From positions 1 to 64,000 of the forward strand of contig NIVC01000481.1 of the NCBI GenBank assembly GCA_002269645.1: 64,000 nt of DNA. Direction: 5' to 3'. Below, one piece after another: positions 49,446 through 62,379 of this stretch; position 1 is the stretch's first letter; each line of letters opens with the position of its first letter. This DNA comes from Macrostomum lignano. Taxonomy: Eukaryota. Under the pieces are notes generated by a model. That model was not told the DNA's origin, ran no database searches, and saw nothing but the letters and a program-made list of their open reading frames with translations. Made by a program: the position numbers and the translations under genes.

Positions 49446-49850
49446 AACCGGTATAAAAGTATATAAAATAGCTAATTTGATTATATAGTGTCAGTATAGT
49501 AATGAATTCTTTTCAGTTTGCAGTATATAGCAAGATAATACCGGCTGGATCAATGAAATAAATTGATTTACACCAGCACAAAATCAACGACTTTATTGTG
49601 CTAATTAATGTTTCAAAGGATATACAAGTATATAAATAAAAGTTTGGCATGACTTATTTAATCGCTTATAAAAAAAGCGACCTAGACATGCAGGAAGAAT
49701 AAATTAAGCAGTACGATAAGTGTTATACTGACTTAGAACAAATCAACAATAAGCTTTTTTCAACGGCGGTTATTAAAACAAACAGAGATGATTCTATTTT
49801 GAAATTTTGTTGACTGCAACTCCGCATATACTGTCTAAATGATATGCAAT

Positions 49851-50879
49851 CGTGGGGCGTCGCCACTGGGGGGGCATGTCCGTCCCCCCCCCTCAGTAAA
49901 AGCTATGGGGGGCATGCCAATGCTCTGTCCCCCCACCCCCACTTTGTGGGAATCAATAGTTAGTATTGCTTCAAGGCGCCAAAATGAGTGCCTGCGGTGC
50001 CGAAATGAGTGTCTGCCTGCGGCGCCAAAATGAGTGTCTGCCTGCGGCGCCAAAATGAGTGTCTGTCTGTGGCGCCAAAATGAGTGTCTGCCTGCGGCGC
50101 CAAAATGAGTGCCTGCCTGCGGCGCCAAAATGAGTGTCTGCCTGCGGCGCCAAAATGAGTGTCTGCCTGCGGCGCCAAACTGAGTGCCTGCCTGCGGCGC
50201 CAAAATGAGTGTCTGCCTGCGGCGCCAAACTGAGTGCCTGCCTGCGGTGCCGAAATGAGTGTCTGCCTGCGGCGCCAAAATGAGTGCCTGCCTGCGGCGC
50301 CAAAATGAGTGCCTGCGGCGCCAAAATTGGTGTCTGCCTGCGGCGCCAAAATTAGTGTCTGCGGCGCCAAAATGAGTGCCTGCGGCGCCAAAATGAGTGC
50401 CTGCCTGCGGCGCTAAAATGAGTGCCTGCGGCGCCAAAATGAGTGCCTGCGGCGCCAAAATGAGTGCCTGCGGCGCCAAAATGAGTGCCTGCGGCGCCAA
50501 AATGAGTGCCTGCCTGCGGCGCCGAAATGAGTGCCTGCGGCGCCAAAATGAGTGCCTGCGGCGCCAAAATGAGTGTCTGCCTGCGGCGCCAAAATGAGTG
50601 CCTGCCTGCGGCGCCAAAATGAGTGTCTGCCTGCGGCGCCAAAATGAGTGCCTGCCTGCGGCGCCAAAATGAGTGTCTGTCTGTGGCGCCAAAATGAGTG
50701 CCTGCGGCGCTAAAATGAGTGCCAGCGGCGCCAAAATGAGTGCCTGCGGCGCTAAAATGAGCGCTAACAACACCGATTCTCAAAATAATGTACATGTAGG
50801 AATTTAGCCCTGTACATTAACCCTGTATATATTCGTTGGCTTTTCGACCCCCACCATAAAATCCATGGCGACGCCCCTG
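49851..50879. mobile_element. Second copy of the minisatellite-carrying hAT-like element (21 and 25 bp units)
   Basis: TIR (C)GTGGGGCGTCGCCA / TGGCGACGCCCCTG; degenerate TSD TATGCAAT / GATGCACT; arms shared with 11777-12730. Confidence 0.82.
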
Positions 50880-51571
50880 GATGCACTTATATCCAAAAGT
50901 AAATTTAATTCACTGTTCTCTTGAATAGCTACGTTGTTTTAGTTACAAAAATCAGTCACGCAGTTCCAAGGCTCGACTTTCTGGCAGTAAACTAAATCGA
51001 CCTGAAAAGGATTAAGGGTTTGCTTTTCATATTTTTGTTAAATACATTAATTTAGCATTTAAATACATTTTAGCCGTTAACAGCATTTTAATGGCTATTA
51101 AAATTATCAAGTAGCTTAAAATAGAATCGGCAACGCGTACATCGCTCTAAAAAGGTTCTTAACTTAACTCAAAGTTGGCCTGGCGCAAACTGCAATTGTA
51201 TACTTAATGTCCATAAACCGAATACAAGCATTAAATAATTTCTGTAATTTATTGACATAAAACCTCGATCTAAATAGCTTCAATTTCGGTTGCAAATAAG
51301 TGCTAATATTATCCCAGCATTCGATCGTCTATTTAATTCAATACAGCAACTTACACCGCCGTCTGCTGTTGCTAACCTTAGTGGTTAAAATTCTCTTTTT
51401 AGCGACGTTTTGGCTATATTCGACCATCAGACTGACCGTGAATGAAATCAGAATTGTGATTGCATCTCCATTCTAAAGTAGTACGCAGTAGGTAATTTAG
51501 TGGCCTCCATTGCCTGCTACCTAATATAGCGCTGCCACCTGCCCTGGTTTAGAATATTTACAGTTGCCACA

Positions 51572-52087
51572 AGTGAGCGGAGAGGCAGATTCTCAATGAC
51601 TGAGTGAGCGGAGAGGCAGATTCTCACTGACTGAGTGAGCGGAGAGGCAGATTCTCAATGACTGAGTGAGCGGAGAGGCAGATTCTCAATGACTGAGTTG
51701 AGCGGAGAGGCAGATTCTCAATGACTGAGTTGAGCGGAGAGGCAGATTCTCAATGACTGAGTGAGCGGAGAGGCAGATTCTCAATGACTGAGTTGAGCGG
51801 AGAGGCAGATTCTCAATGACTGAGTGATCGGAGAGGCAGATTCTCACTGACTGAGTGAGCGGAGAGGCAGATTCTCACTGACTGAGTGAGCGGAGAGGCA
51901 GATTCTCACTGACTGAGTGAGCGGAGAGGCAGATTCTCAATGACTGAGTGAGCGGAGAGGCAGATTCTCACTGACTGAGTGAGCGGAGAGGCAGATTCTC
52001 ACTGACTGAGTGAGCAGAGAGGCAGATTCTCACTGACTGGGTGAGCGGAGAGGCAGATTCTCAATGACTGAGTGAGCGGAGAGGCAG
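51572..52087. repeat. 31 bp minisatellite (GTGAGCGGAGAGGCAGATTCTCAATGACTGA)n, about 90 bp past the odd-like stop codon
   Basis: About 16 units. Confidence 0.95.
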
Positions 52088-52177
52088 TGTTTAAAAGATT
52101 TTAGAAAGTTGCTGTCAAATGTACATGTAAGATTGGGAAACCAATAATTACACAATAGGGCTCAAATTCTGACAAAC

Positions 52178-53536
52178 TCACCCACTAGATAACGACGCCC
52201 CCGCCGCAGCGCAACAGACCGCTGTGTGCACCTTCTGCGTCCTCGACTGGCAGAAGCCTTTGCCGCAGACGGGACAAACGTACGGTTTGTTCTTGCTGTG
52301 CACGTAGCTGTGATCGCGCAGATGGTCGCGACGACGGAACGCTTTGCCGCACACGTCGCAAGGAAATGGCCGTTCGTCTGTGTGAGTGCGCTCGTGAATG
52401 AGCTGGTTGTAGGACTTCGTGAACCGGCGGCTGCAGTGACGGCACACGTATTCTTTGCGGCTTCTGGGAATGGGAATTGACGCATTTATCAGGTTTGATA
52501 ATTGGTTTTGGGTTATGTGTTAGTAGCACTTGTTAACTGCCAAGTTTGAAGATGCAAACCAACCACTAGGCTACGATTCCACAGAAGTCAGCACAAAAAC
52601 CCTGCATTAGTGCCCATCAGAAGTCAGTGAATGACTCATAAATCTTCAGAAGTCATTGGATGATCTCCGATACATCAGAAGTCAATGGATGATCTTCGTT
52701 TCTTTAGAGGCCATTGGATGATCTCCGGTTCTTCAGAACTTATTGGATGACCTCCGGCTCCTCAGAAGTCATTGGATGATCTCCGATACATCAGAAGTCA
52801 ATGGATGATCTTCGTTTCTTTAGAGGCCATTGGATGATCTCCGGTTCTTCAGAACTTATTGGATGACCTCCGGCTCCTCAGAAGTCATTGGATGACCACC
52901 GATTCTTCAGAACTCATTGGATGACCCCAGATTCTTCAGAACTCATTGGATGACCCCAGATTCTTCAGAACTCATTGGATGATCTCTGGTTCTTCGGAAG
53001 TCATTGGATGACCTCCAGTTCTTCGGAAGTCATTGGATGACCTCAGATTCTTCAAAAGTCATTGGATGACCTCCAAATCTTCCAGGGTGGTTTGCTTCTA
53101 TTTAGGTCCTCAGCATATTCACGGTTCCCCTCTTACTTGATCTTCCAAACCCTTCCCACTTGATCCCAGATTTCCCAGACTCAATTTACCTTCCGCGAGG
53201 TTTTTTAACCAAACCGGTGTCCAACAACGGTTGTTGCGGCCGCGGCAGCTGAGCTGATGACGATGTTGAAGACGATGAGCTAGACGTATCGACGCTTTTT
53301 ACAGACTCGCTGCAAGACTGAGCCAGCCGACTAAAATCAAATCGTTTTGAAGGCTGTTGATGCCACTGATGCTGCCGCAATTCTGGCTGCATCAACTGAT
53401 GAAGCTGGGGCATCTGCGCATTGGAACTCATCAGAGGTAAATACTGCTGCCAAAATCTCAGGTAGGTTGACAACAGCTGCATGTCAGTCGACGAGATCAG
53501 TGGCGGTGGAGTCGGGAGCGCTTTTGGATGTTTATC
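52178..53536 (-). CDS. odd: odd-skipped/Osr family three-finger zinc-finger transcription factor; exons 53536-53190 and 52463-52178 (first in-frame ATG at 53482; an upstream exon is possible)
   Basis: [19 protein letters not shown], CGKAFRRxDHLRDH and [10 protein letters not shown] are diagnostic of odd/Osr; upstream RFDFSRLA matches the Osr FDFANLA motif; the phase-2 splice gives [13 protein letters not shown]. Confidence 0.92.
52615..53085. repeat. About 29-30 bp minisatellite (CTTCAGAAGTCATTGGATGATCTCCGGTT-like) in the odd intron
   Basis: Direct observation, with one duplicated block of about 118 bp. Confidence 0.88.
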
Positions 53537-53974
53537 TGCAGAAATTTTATTATAGAATTTTTTTAACTTCAGCAAGTTAATTTTACTACATCCTTCTCTT
53601 GTATCCTTCAGCTACGGCTACCGCCCCCAGCTCTCGCGCTATCTGTCTGACTAATACTCGAAAAATGTTTCTGTTTTTAATCTTGAAGCAATAAAAAACT
53701 GGACAGTATAGTGAGCACAGGAGTGTAATACGGACGAAAATTGTATACAGCGGAATTTTTGCGTCATGAGTCATTGTGGGGGACCACTGGTGTTCATTTC
53801 TAATACGTCGTAATAAGGACAGCATTTAGCTAATTCGTTTTGACAACTCAATATCAAATATTTTAACTGTTTACAGGTGGCCAGCGCTTGCTTGTAAAAA
53901 TTGATGAGAAGATTGTTTATTAAATTAATGTTTTTTACAGTGGCATATGAAGGATAGTAAAGGGCAAGGACGGA

Positions 53975-55405
53975 GTGAGTTTATGAGTGAGTTTATGTGT
54001 GAGTTCATGAATGAGTTCATGGATAAGTCCATGAGCAAGTTCATAAATGAGTCCATGAGCAAGTTCATGAATGAGTCCATGAGCAAGTTCATAAATGAGT
54101 CCATGAGCAAGTTCATGAATGAGTCCATGAGCAAGTTCATGAATGAGTCCATGTGCAGGTTCATGAATGAGTCCATGAGCAGGTTCATGAATGAGTCCAT
54201 GTGCAGGTTCATGAATGAGTCCATGAGCAGGTTCATGAATGAGTCCATGAGCAAGTTCATAAATGAGTCCATGAGCAAGTTCATGAATGAGTCCATGAGC
54301 AGGTTCATGAATGAGTCCATGAGCAAGTTCATAAATGAGTCCATGAGCAAGTTCATGAATGAGTCCATGAGCAAGTTCATGAATGAGTCCATGAGCAAGT
54401 TCATGAATGAGTCCATGAGCAGGTTCATGAATAAGTCCATGAGCAAGTTCATGAATGAGTCCATGAGCAGGTTCATGAATGAGTCCATGAGCAGGTTCAT
54501 GAATGAGTCCATGAGCAAGTTCATGAATGAGTCCATGAGCAGGTTCATGAATGAGTCCATGAGCAGGTTCATGAATGAGTCCATGAGCGAGTTCATGAAT
54601 GAGTCCATGAGCAGGTTCATGAATGAGTCCATGAGCAAGTTCATGAACGAGTGAGTTAGTTCAGGAGTGACTTTATGAGTGAGTTTATGTGTGAGTTTAT
54701 GTGTGAGTTCATGAATGAGTTCATTGATAAGTCCATGAGCAAGTTCATGAATGAGTCCATGAGAAAGTTCATGAATGAGTGAGTTAGTTCACGAGTGACT
54801 TTATGAGTGAGTTTATGAGTGAGTTCATGAATGAGTTTATGAGTGAGTTCATGAGTGAGTTTACAATTGAGTTCATGAGTGAGTTCATGAGTGTGTTCAT
54901 GAGTGAGTTCATAAGTGAGTTCATGAGTGAGTTCATGAGTGATTTCATGAGTTAGTTCATGAGTGAGTTCATGAGTGAGTTCATGAGTGAGTTCATGAGT
55001 GAGTTCATGAGTGAGTTCATGAGTGAGTTCATGAGTGAGTTCATGAGTGAGTTCATGAGTGAGTCCATGAGTGAGTTCATGAGTGAGTTCATGAGTGAGT
55101 TCATGAGTGAGTTCATGAGTGAGTTCATGAGTGAGTTCATGAGTGAGTTCATGAGTGAGTTCATGAGTGAGTTCATGAGTGAGTTCATGAGTGAGTTCAT
55201 GAGTGAGTTCATGAGTGAGTCCATGAGTGAGTTCATGAGTGAGTTCATGAGTAAGTTCATGAGTGAGTTCATGATTGAGTTCATGAGTGAGTTCATGAGT
55301 GAGTTCATGAGTGAGTTCATGAGTGAGTTCATGAGTGAGTTCATGAGTGAGTTCATGAGTGAGTTCATGAGTGAGTTCATGAGTGAGTTCATGAGTGAGT
55401 CCATT
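53975..55405. repeat. 12 bp-based satellite: a 24 bp dimer (ATGAATGAGTCCATGAGCAAGTTC)n grading into (ATGAGTGAGTTC)n
   Basis: Direct observation. Confidence 0.97.
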
Positions 55406-55914
55406 CAAACATATTTTTAATAAGATTCTCTTACCAGCCAATTGATCGACTTCATCGCTAAGATTTTTCCCTCGTTCGGGAGCCATTTTTTGTTTATTTA
55501 TAATCAAATTAGCTTATAATGATTCCTCTCTGGAGGATAACTTGCTAACTTCTCTGCTCCCTTCTCTACAATATAAAATCTTACAAAGTTTTCCTGAAAT
55601 GTTCTCTCTTAAACACTTTGGGGGCAAAGTTAATTTAGCAATTCGAGAATAGTTTGTCTAACCGTATCTGAGTGGTCACCAGCTCCTCGAGCCCAAACAA
55701 CTTCTAGCCAATGAGAATTACGGGTTAATGTTTGGCAATTTTATTCACAACTCCGGGCGTTTTCTAACTGAAGTATTTGTTCAACCATGAAGGAAAGGGT
55801 CCAATTTAGTTAAACCAAGGACCTCTTTCGTTAATTTTTTATTCTGCTAAATATCTCTTTGAAAAAAAACATTTGTTTTTAATCAAATTATTGACAAGTC
55901 ACACACTTAAAATT

Positions 55915-56830
55915 TTGGGTGACACAATTCGGATTCAGAGTGACACAATTGAGATTCAGAGTGACACAATTGAGATTCAGAGTGACACAATTGAGATTCA
56001 CAGTGACACAATTGAGATTCAGAGTGACACAATTGAGATTCAGAGTGACACAATTGAGATTCAGAGTGACACAATTGAGATTCAGAGTGACACAATTGAG
56101 ATTCAGCTACAGTGACACAATTTAGATATAAAGTGACACAAGTCGGAGTCAGAGTGACACAATTCATATTCAGAGTGACACAATTGAGATTCAGAGTGAC
56201 ACAATTCGAAGTCAGAGTGACACAATTCATATTCAGAGTGACACAATTGAGATTCAGAGTGACACAATTGAGATTCAGAGTGACACAATTGAGATTCAGA
56301 GTGACACAATTGAGATTCAGAGTGACACAATTGAGATTCAGAGTGACACAATTGAGATTCAGCTACAGTGACACAATTTAGATATAAAGTGACACAATTC
56401 GGAGTCAGAGTGACACAATTGAGATTCAGAGTGACACAATTGAGATTCAGAGTGACACAATTGAGATTCAGCTACAGTGACACAATTTAGATATAAAGTG
56501 ACACAATTCGGAGTCAGAGTGACACAATTCATATTCAGAGTGACACAATTTAGATTCAGAGTGACACATTTCGGATTAAAAGTGACACAATTCAGATTCA
56601 GAGTGACGCACTTCAAATTTAGAGTGAAACGATTCGGATTCAGAGTAACACATTTCGGATTCAAAGTGACGCAATTCAGATTCAGAATGACACAATTCAG
56701 ATTCAGAATGACACAATTCAGATTCAAAGTGACACATTTCGGATTCAGAGTGACACATTTCAGATTCAGAGTGACACATTTCGGAGTCAGAGTGACAAAA
56801 TTCAGATTCAGAGTGACACACATCAGATTT
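55915..56830. repeat. 21 bp minisatellite (GTGACACAATTGAGATTCAGA)n
   Basis: Direct observation. Confidence 0.96.
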
Positions 56831-57704
56831 GGAGTGAAATTTATCTGCTCCGATGGCAGTTATCCCTCAGATTGATCTTTAAAATTTTGTTTGAATTTGG
56901 CGATTTAAAAACAACTGGGGGGGGGGGAATTTTGCAACTCGGCTGCTGTAAATACATTTATTATACAGGTTACTGAAAGTAGCACCGTTTGATTTCTACG
57001 TGTAAAAAGAGTTGCTGGTCAGCGAAAAGGGCTTTTCAGAAGTTCAGAAGTTGGTGTAAGTCACCTGAGCTCACTTTTAAGCAGAAGAGAGACTCAAAGT
57101 TTTCAATAGGACCTGAGCGTACTGCCTTCTCCTTTTTCTTGGCCTAATTCTGTTAAGCAGGAATTCTTGTTGATAAAATGGTCTCAAACGCGTTCTCGCC
57201 GCACGCGCAACGTTGACAGTTCTCTCCATCAATCAAAATCGCTTGAGTTGGGAATTGGGATGCTGGGTCTCCTCTCCTTTTCTCTCTTCTCTACTCCAAT
57301 CCTATTCTCTGGCCTAGCTCAGAATCGGCTGCATGAGTGCATGTGCTCATGATGGTCTTTGATAAACCACAGTTAGTGGGCTGGACTGACTTCTTGGGGT
57401 GTGTGCATGTGTGTGCGCGTGTGTACAACATTACACTTGATTTAACATGTAGTTATAGAAAGTTAGAAATAAACTAAGATGTGTAAATGTAGAAAATGTA
57501 GATGGCTTAGGTCGTCATAGATAGTTGTGGCCATAAAACATTATGGTCATAGATAGTGGAAGTAACGAATTCTTCGTATGGACTTGTATCGTAGATACCA
57601 TGGTACATGTACTACTGGTAAATTACAGATTAGATCATAGACTATTTTGGTCATAGCTAAAACGAGGTATTGGCAGTTTTGGTCATGGACAGTTCTAGGT
57701 CATC

Positions 57705-58062
57705 ACAGTTCATGGACAGATTTGTTCATGAGGCAGTTTTGGGTCATAGACAGATTTGTTCATGAGGCAGTTTTGGGTCATAGACAGATTTGTTCATGAG
57801 GCAGTTTTGGGTCATAGACAGATATGTTCATGAGGCAGTTTTGGGTCATAGACAGATTTGTTCATGAGGCAGTTTTGGGTCATTAACAGATTTGTTCATG
57901 AGGCAGTTTTGGGTCATAGACAGATTTGTTCATGAGGCAGTTTTGGGTCATAGACAGATTTGTTCATGAGGCAGTTTTGGGTCATAGACAGATTTGTTCA
58001 TGAGGCAGTTTTGGGTCATAGACAGATTTGTTCATGAGGCAGTTTTGGGTCATTGACAGATA
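57705..58062. repeat. 34 bp minisatellite (GACAGATTTGTTCATGAGGCAGTTTTGGGTCATA)n
   Basis: About 10 units. Confidence 0.96.
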
Positions 58063-58924
58063 GAGAATAGTATTCATCAAAATAAGCCAAGGTCCATGGG
58101 GTCATAATCCTACTATATCCTACTATATACATAAACAATAACAGTAAAATGCTGTTGTTATTTTAAAAATTACATCGGGCCACTTTTGCGGGCCTGGCTG
58201 AATAATAAGGTCATAAATCTTGAACGATACTAGTATAGGTACTGCCTGAGTACAGCTCTACCCTGCGCACTACGTTAACACAGACAGGAGTGTACGCCCA
58301 GAGCCACACATACTGTCAGGTTTTTGTCTTTCCGTCCCTCTTGTCGAGTTTTTGAGTTTAGCACTATACTATAAGCTTCTAGTGCAGTCCCCCCCCCACC
58401 AACCCTTGTAACTAGCCAATGGTTAGGCTGCACACTAAGCAAGATTGTTAGCCATGTGAGATCGAAATTATTTGTACATTTTCAGCCTAACCCACCCCCG
58501 CCCCCTCGGCCGGCAGTGAAAAACTACAGCGACTAGGCGAATAGCTGCGGGCTAAATAGCAATATCCAGCACAGAAGCGAAGGCTACAGAGAGAAGAAAA
58601 GGAAAGAGAGGCTTCCAAATTGGTTCATAATCACAGCCACCGCTTTGAAGAGAAAACAGCATAGGCCATACTACTAATCTCATTTCGACAAGCAGCTAGT
58701 CCTGCTTATTGAACGATTCTAAATAATATTAGTTTCATTGGCAATCCATCTAATTAATCAATCTGTTATACCAGCTAATTTTTTTTGTTATTCTGGCTGA
58801 CTGTTGCAGTGGAATTTAGGCTAAGCACATTGTGCACTTCGGAATTCGTTAAGCGGGCAAAGCTTAGAGCAGGTAAGTGTTGTTTCCAGTTGATTTGCGG
58901 AAGTGCTCAGTCACTTGCGTTAAC

Positions 58925-59440
58925 ATTCATGAACTCACTCATGAACTCACTCATGAACTCACTCATAAACTCAGTTATGAATTCACACATGAACTCACTC
59001 ATGAATTCACTCATGAACTCAATCATGAACTCACTCATGAACTCACTCATGAACTCACTCATGAACTCACTCATGAACTCACTCATAAACTCAGTTATGA
59101 ACTCACACATGAACTCACTCATGAATTCACTCATGAACTCAATCATGAACTCACTCATGAACTCACTCATGAACTTACTCATGAACTCACTCATGAACTC
59201 ACTCATAAACTCAGTTATGAATTCACACATGAACTCACTCATGAATTCACTCATGAACTCAATCATGAACTCACTCATGAACTCACTCATGAACTCACTT
59301 TAAACTCACTCATGAACTCACTTTAAACTCACTTACGAGCATGAACTCACTCATGGACTCACTCATGAACTCACCCATGAACTCACTCATAAACTCAGTT
59401 ATGAATTCACTCATAAACTCACTCATGAACTCACCCATCA
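58925..59440. repeat. (GAACTCACTCAT)n, an inverted copy of the 12 bp satellite, with a 120 bp higher-order repeat
   Basis: Reverse complement of ATGAGTGAGTTC; variant units recur every 120 bp. Confidence 0.95.
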
Positions 59441-59822
59441 ACAGTGCTCATATTGTATTGCCCTTACAAGTTCAGTTGATTTAATTGAAAAAATTACCAC
59501 CAAAGGGTCGCAAGAACTGTACTCTCAGCAACCGGCATAGCTGCAGTGTGCGCATCAACCACTGGCTGAGCGGCGCTCCACCACACAGCATCCTCATCCT
59601 CCTTATTTGCTGATGAGGCGCGTACAGATGAGAAACAGACAGAAATATACAGAGATCCCTGAGACGTACTTCACTCCCTATATATATACATAATCCCTCA
59701 ACTCAGCCAGGCACATTACGGACAATAGCCGTGCAACTGAATTAAGATAATGAAGATACTCACCTGCCTCCTTCATCACCATTGAACTAATAATTATAAT
59801 TATACAGAGCGAAGCCGAACTC

Positions 59823-62332
59823 ATGGAGGTGCTACTCGCACTGCTGCCGGCTCCCGTGTACTACGCCGTGATTGCCGGGTTTCTGCTCACCTGCCTGCAG
59901 CTCTTCGGTCCGGACATCTGCTGGGCGCTGAGCTGCCTGTGGGAGCGGGGCGAGAGGCTTGGCATTCGACATCGTGTGCACACTGGGACAGGTGCGAATG
60001 ACGAATGGGAGATTAGGGATGACTGGCGGTGCTGATTAAGGGTAAACATGGGTGATAACAGGGATTACAGGGGATTTTAACCTTGAATGATAAGGGCTGC
60101 AAACTTGGGATGGCAGCGACAACATGAAAAAGGATTTCAACTGAAGTGCTGACATGGCTTCTAACAGGGTAGTAAAAGGGATGCTAACAGGGAATTCTAA
60201 CAGGGGATTCTAACAGTGGATTCTGACAGGGGTGCTAACAGGGGATTTTAACAGGGGATTTTAACAGGGGATTCTAACAGGGGATTCTAACAGGGGATTC
60301 TAACAGGGGATTCTAACAGGTGATTCTAACAGGGGATTCTAACAGGGGATTCTAACAGTGGATTCTGACAGGGGTGCTAACAGGGGATTTTAACAGGGGT
60401 GCTAACAGCGGATTCTAACAGGGGTGCTAACAGGGGATTCTAACAGGGGTGCTAACAGGGGTGCTAACAGGAGATTCTAACAGGGGTGCTAACAGGGGAT
60501 TCTAACAGGGGATTCTAACAGGGGATTTTAACAGGGGTGCTAACAGGGGATTCTAACAGGGGTGCTAACAGGGGATTCTAACAGTGAATTCTAACAGGGG
60601 TGCTAACAGGGGATTCTAACAGTGGAATCTAACAGGGGTGCTAACAGGGGTGCTAACAGGGGATTCTAACAGGGGTGCTAACAGGGGATTCTAACAGGGG
60701 TGCTAACAGGGGATTCTAACAGGGGTGCTAACAGGGGATTCTAACAGGGGATTCTAACAGGGGATTCTAACAGTGGATTCTAACAGGGGTGCTAACAGGG
60801 GATTCTAACAGGGGATTCTAACAGGGGTGCTAACAGGGGATTCTAACAGGGGATTCTAACAGGGGATTCTAACAGTGGATTCTAACAGGGGTGCTAACAG
60901 GGGATTCTAACAGTGGATTCTGACAGGGGTGCTAACAGGGGATTCTAACAGGGGATTCTAACAGGGGATTCTAACAGGGGATTCTAACAGGGGATTCTAA
61001 CAGGGGATTCTAACAGGGGATTCTAACAGGGGATTCTAACAGGGGATTCTAACAGGGGATTCTAACAGGGGTGCTAACAGGGGATTCTAACAGGGGATTC
61101 TGACAGGGGTGCTAACAGGGGATTCTAACAGGGGTGCTAACAGGGGATTCTAACAGGGGATTCTAACAGGGGATTCTAACAGTGGATTCTAACAGGGGTG
61201 CTAACAGGGGATTCTAACAGGGGATTCTAACAGTGGATTCTGACAGGGGTGCTAACAGGGGATTCTAACAGGGGTGCTAACAGTGGATTCTAACAGGGGT
61301 GCTAACAGGGGATTCTAACAGGGGATTCTAACAGGGGATTCTAACAGGGGATTCTGACAGGGGTGCTAACAGGGGATTCTAACAGGGGTGCTAACAGGGG
61401 TGCTAACAGGGGATTCTAACAGGGGTGCTAACAGGGGATTCTAACAGGGGATTCTAACAGGGGATTCTAACAGGGGATTCTAACAGGGGATTCTAACAGG
61501 GGATTCTAACAGGGGATTCTAACAGGGGATTCTGACAGGGGTGCTAACAGGGGATTCTAACAGTGGATTCTAACAGGGGTGCTAACAGGGGTGCTAACAG
61601 GGGATTCTAACAGGGGTGCTAACAGGGGATTCTAACAGGGGTGCTAACAGGGGATTCTAACAGGGGTGCTAACAGGGGATTCTAACAGGGGATTCTAACA
61701 GGGGATTCTAACAGGGGTGCTAACAGGGGATTCTAACAGGGGATTCTAACAGGGGATTCTAACAGGGGATTCTAACAGGGGATTCTAACAGGGGATTCTA
61801 ACAGGGGATTCTAACAGGGGATTCTGACAGGGGTGCTAACAGGGGATTCTAACAGGGGTGCTAACAGGGGATTCTAACAGGGGATTCTAACAGTGAATTC
61901 TAACAGGGTATTCTAACAGGGGTGGTAACAACATAATCCCCAAATTAATCCTAGTACCCTGAAATTTAAAAATAATTGCATTAGTTACCGGAATATAAGT
62001 AGAATATCTAGCAACTATATACAATTTTTAACAACCCGATCAAGCATCAGCAGATCCGTCACCTCTTATCTCCTCACTGACCGCTGGTGTTCCCCCCAGA
62101 ACAGACAAACATAGCGCAAAAAAATTAAATTTATCTTCTTACGAGCTAAATTCCTAATCTTGCTTTTGCAGCCTTTGCAGCGAGGGTCGGAAGGCTAATT
62201 ATAGGTCAAGTGGGCAACCTCTGAGCATAAAGTGCGCACATAAAGAGACGAGAGAGTTTGTCAGTGGGTTGAGCTCGAGCCTAACGCTGCCGCAACAGCA
62301 GCAATCGCAGAGCAATTTCGGACACTGCAGAA

Positions 62333-62379
<47 letters not shown>

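Noticed and set aside
53925-55507. ELTH/MNSL/MSEF repeat proteins
   Set aside because: Translations of a 12 bp satellite, open on both strands.
58250-58620. Possible solo LTR
   Set aside because: No paired TG...CA ends, TSD or primer-binding site could be identified.
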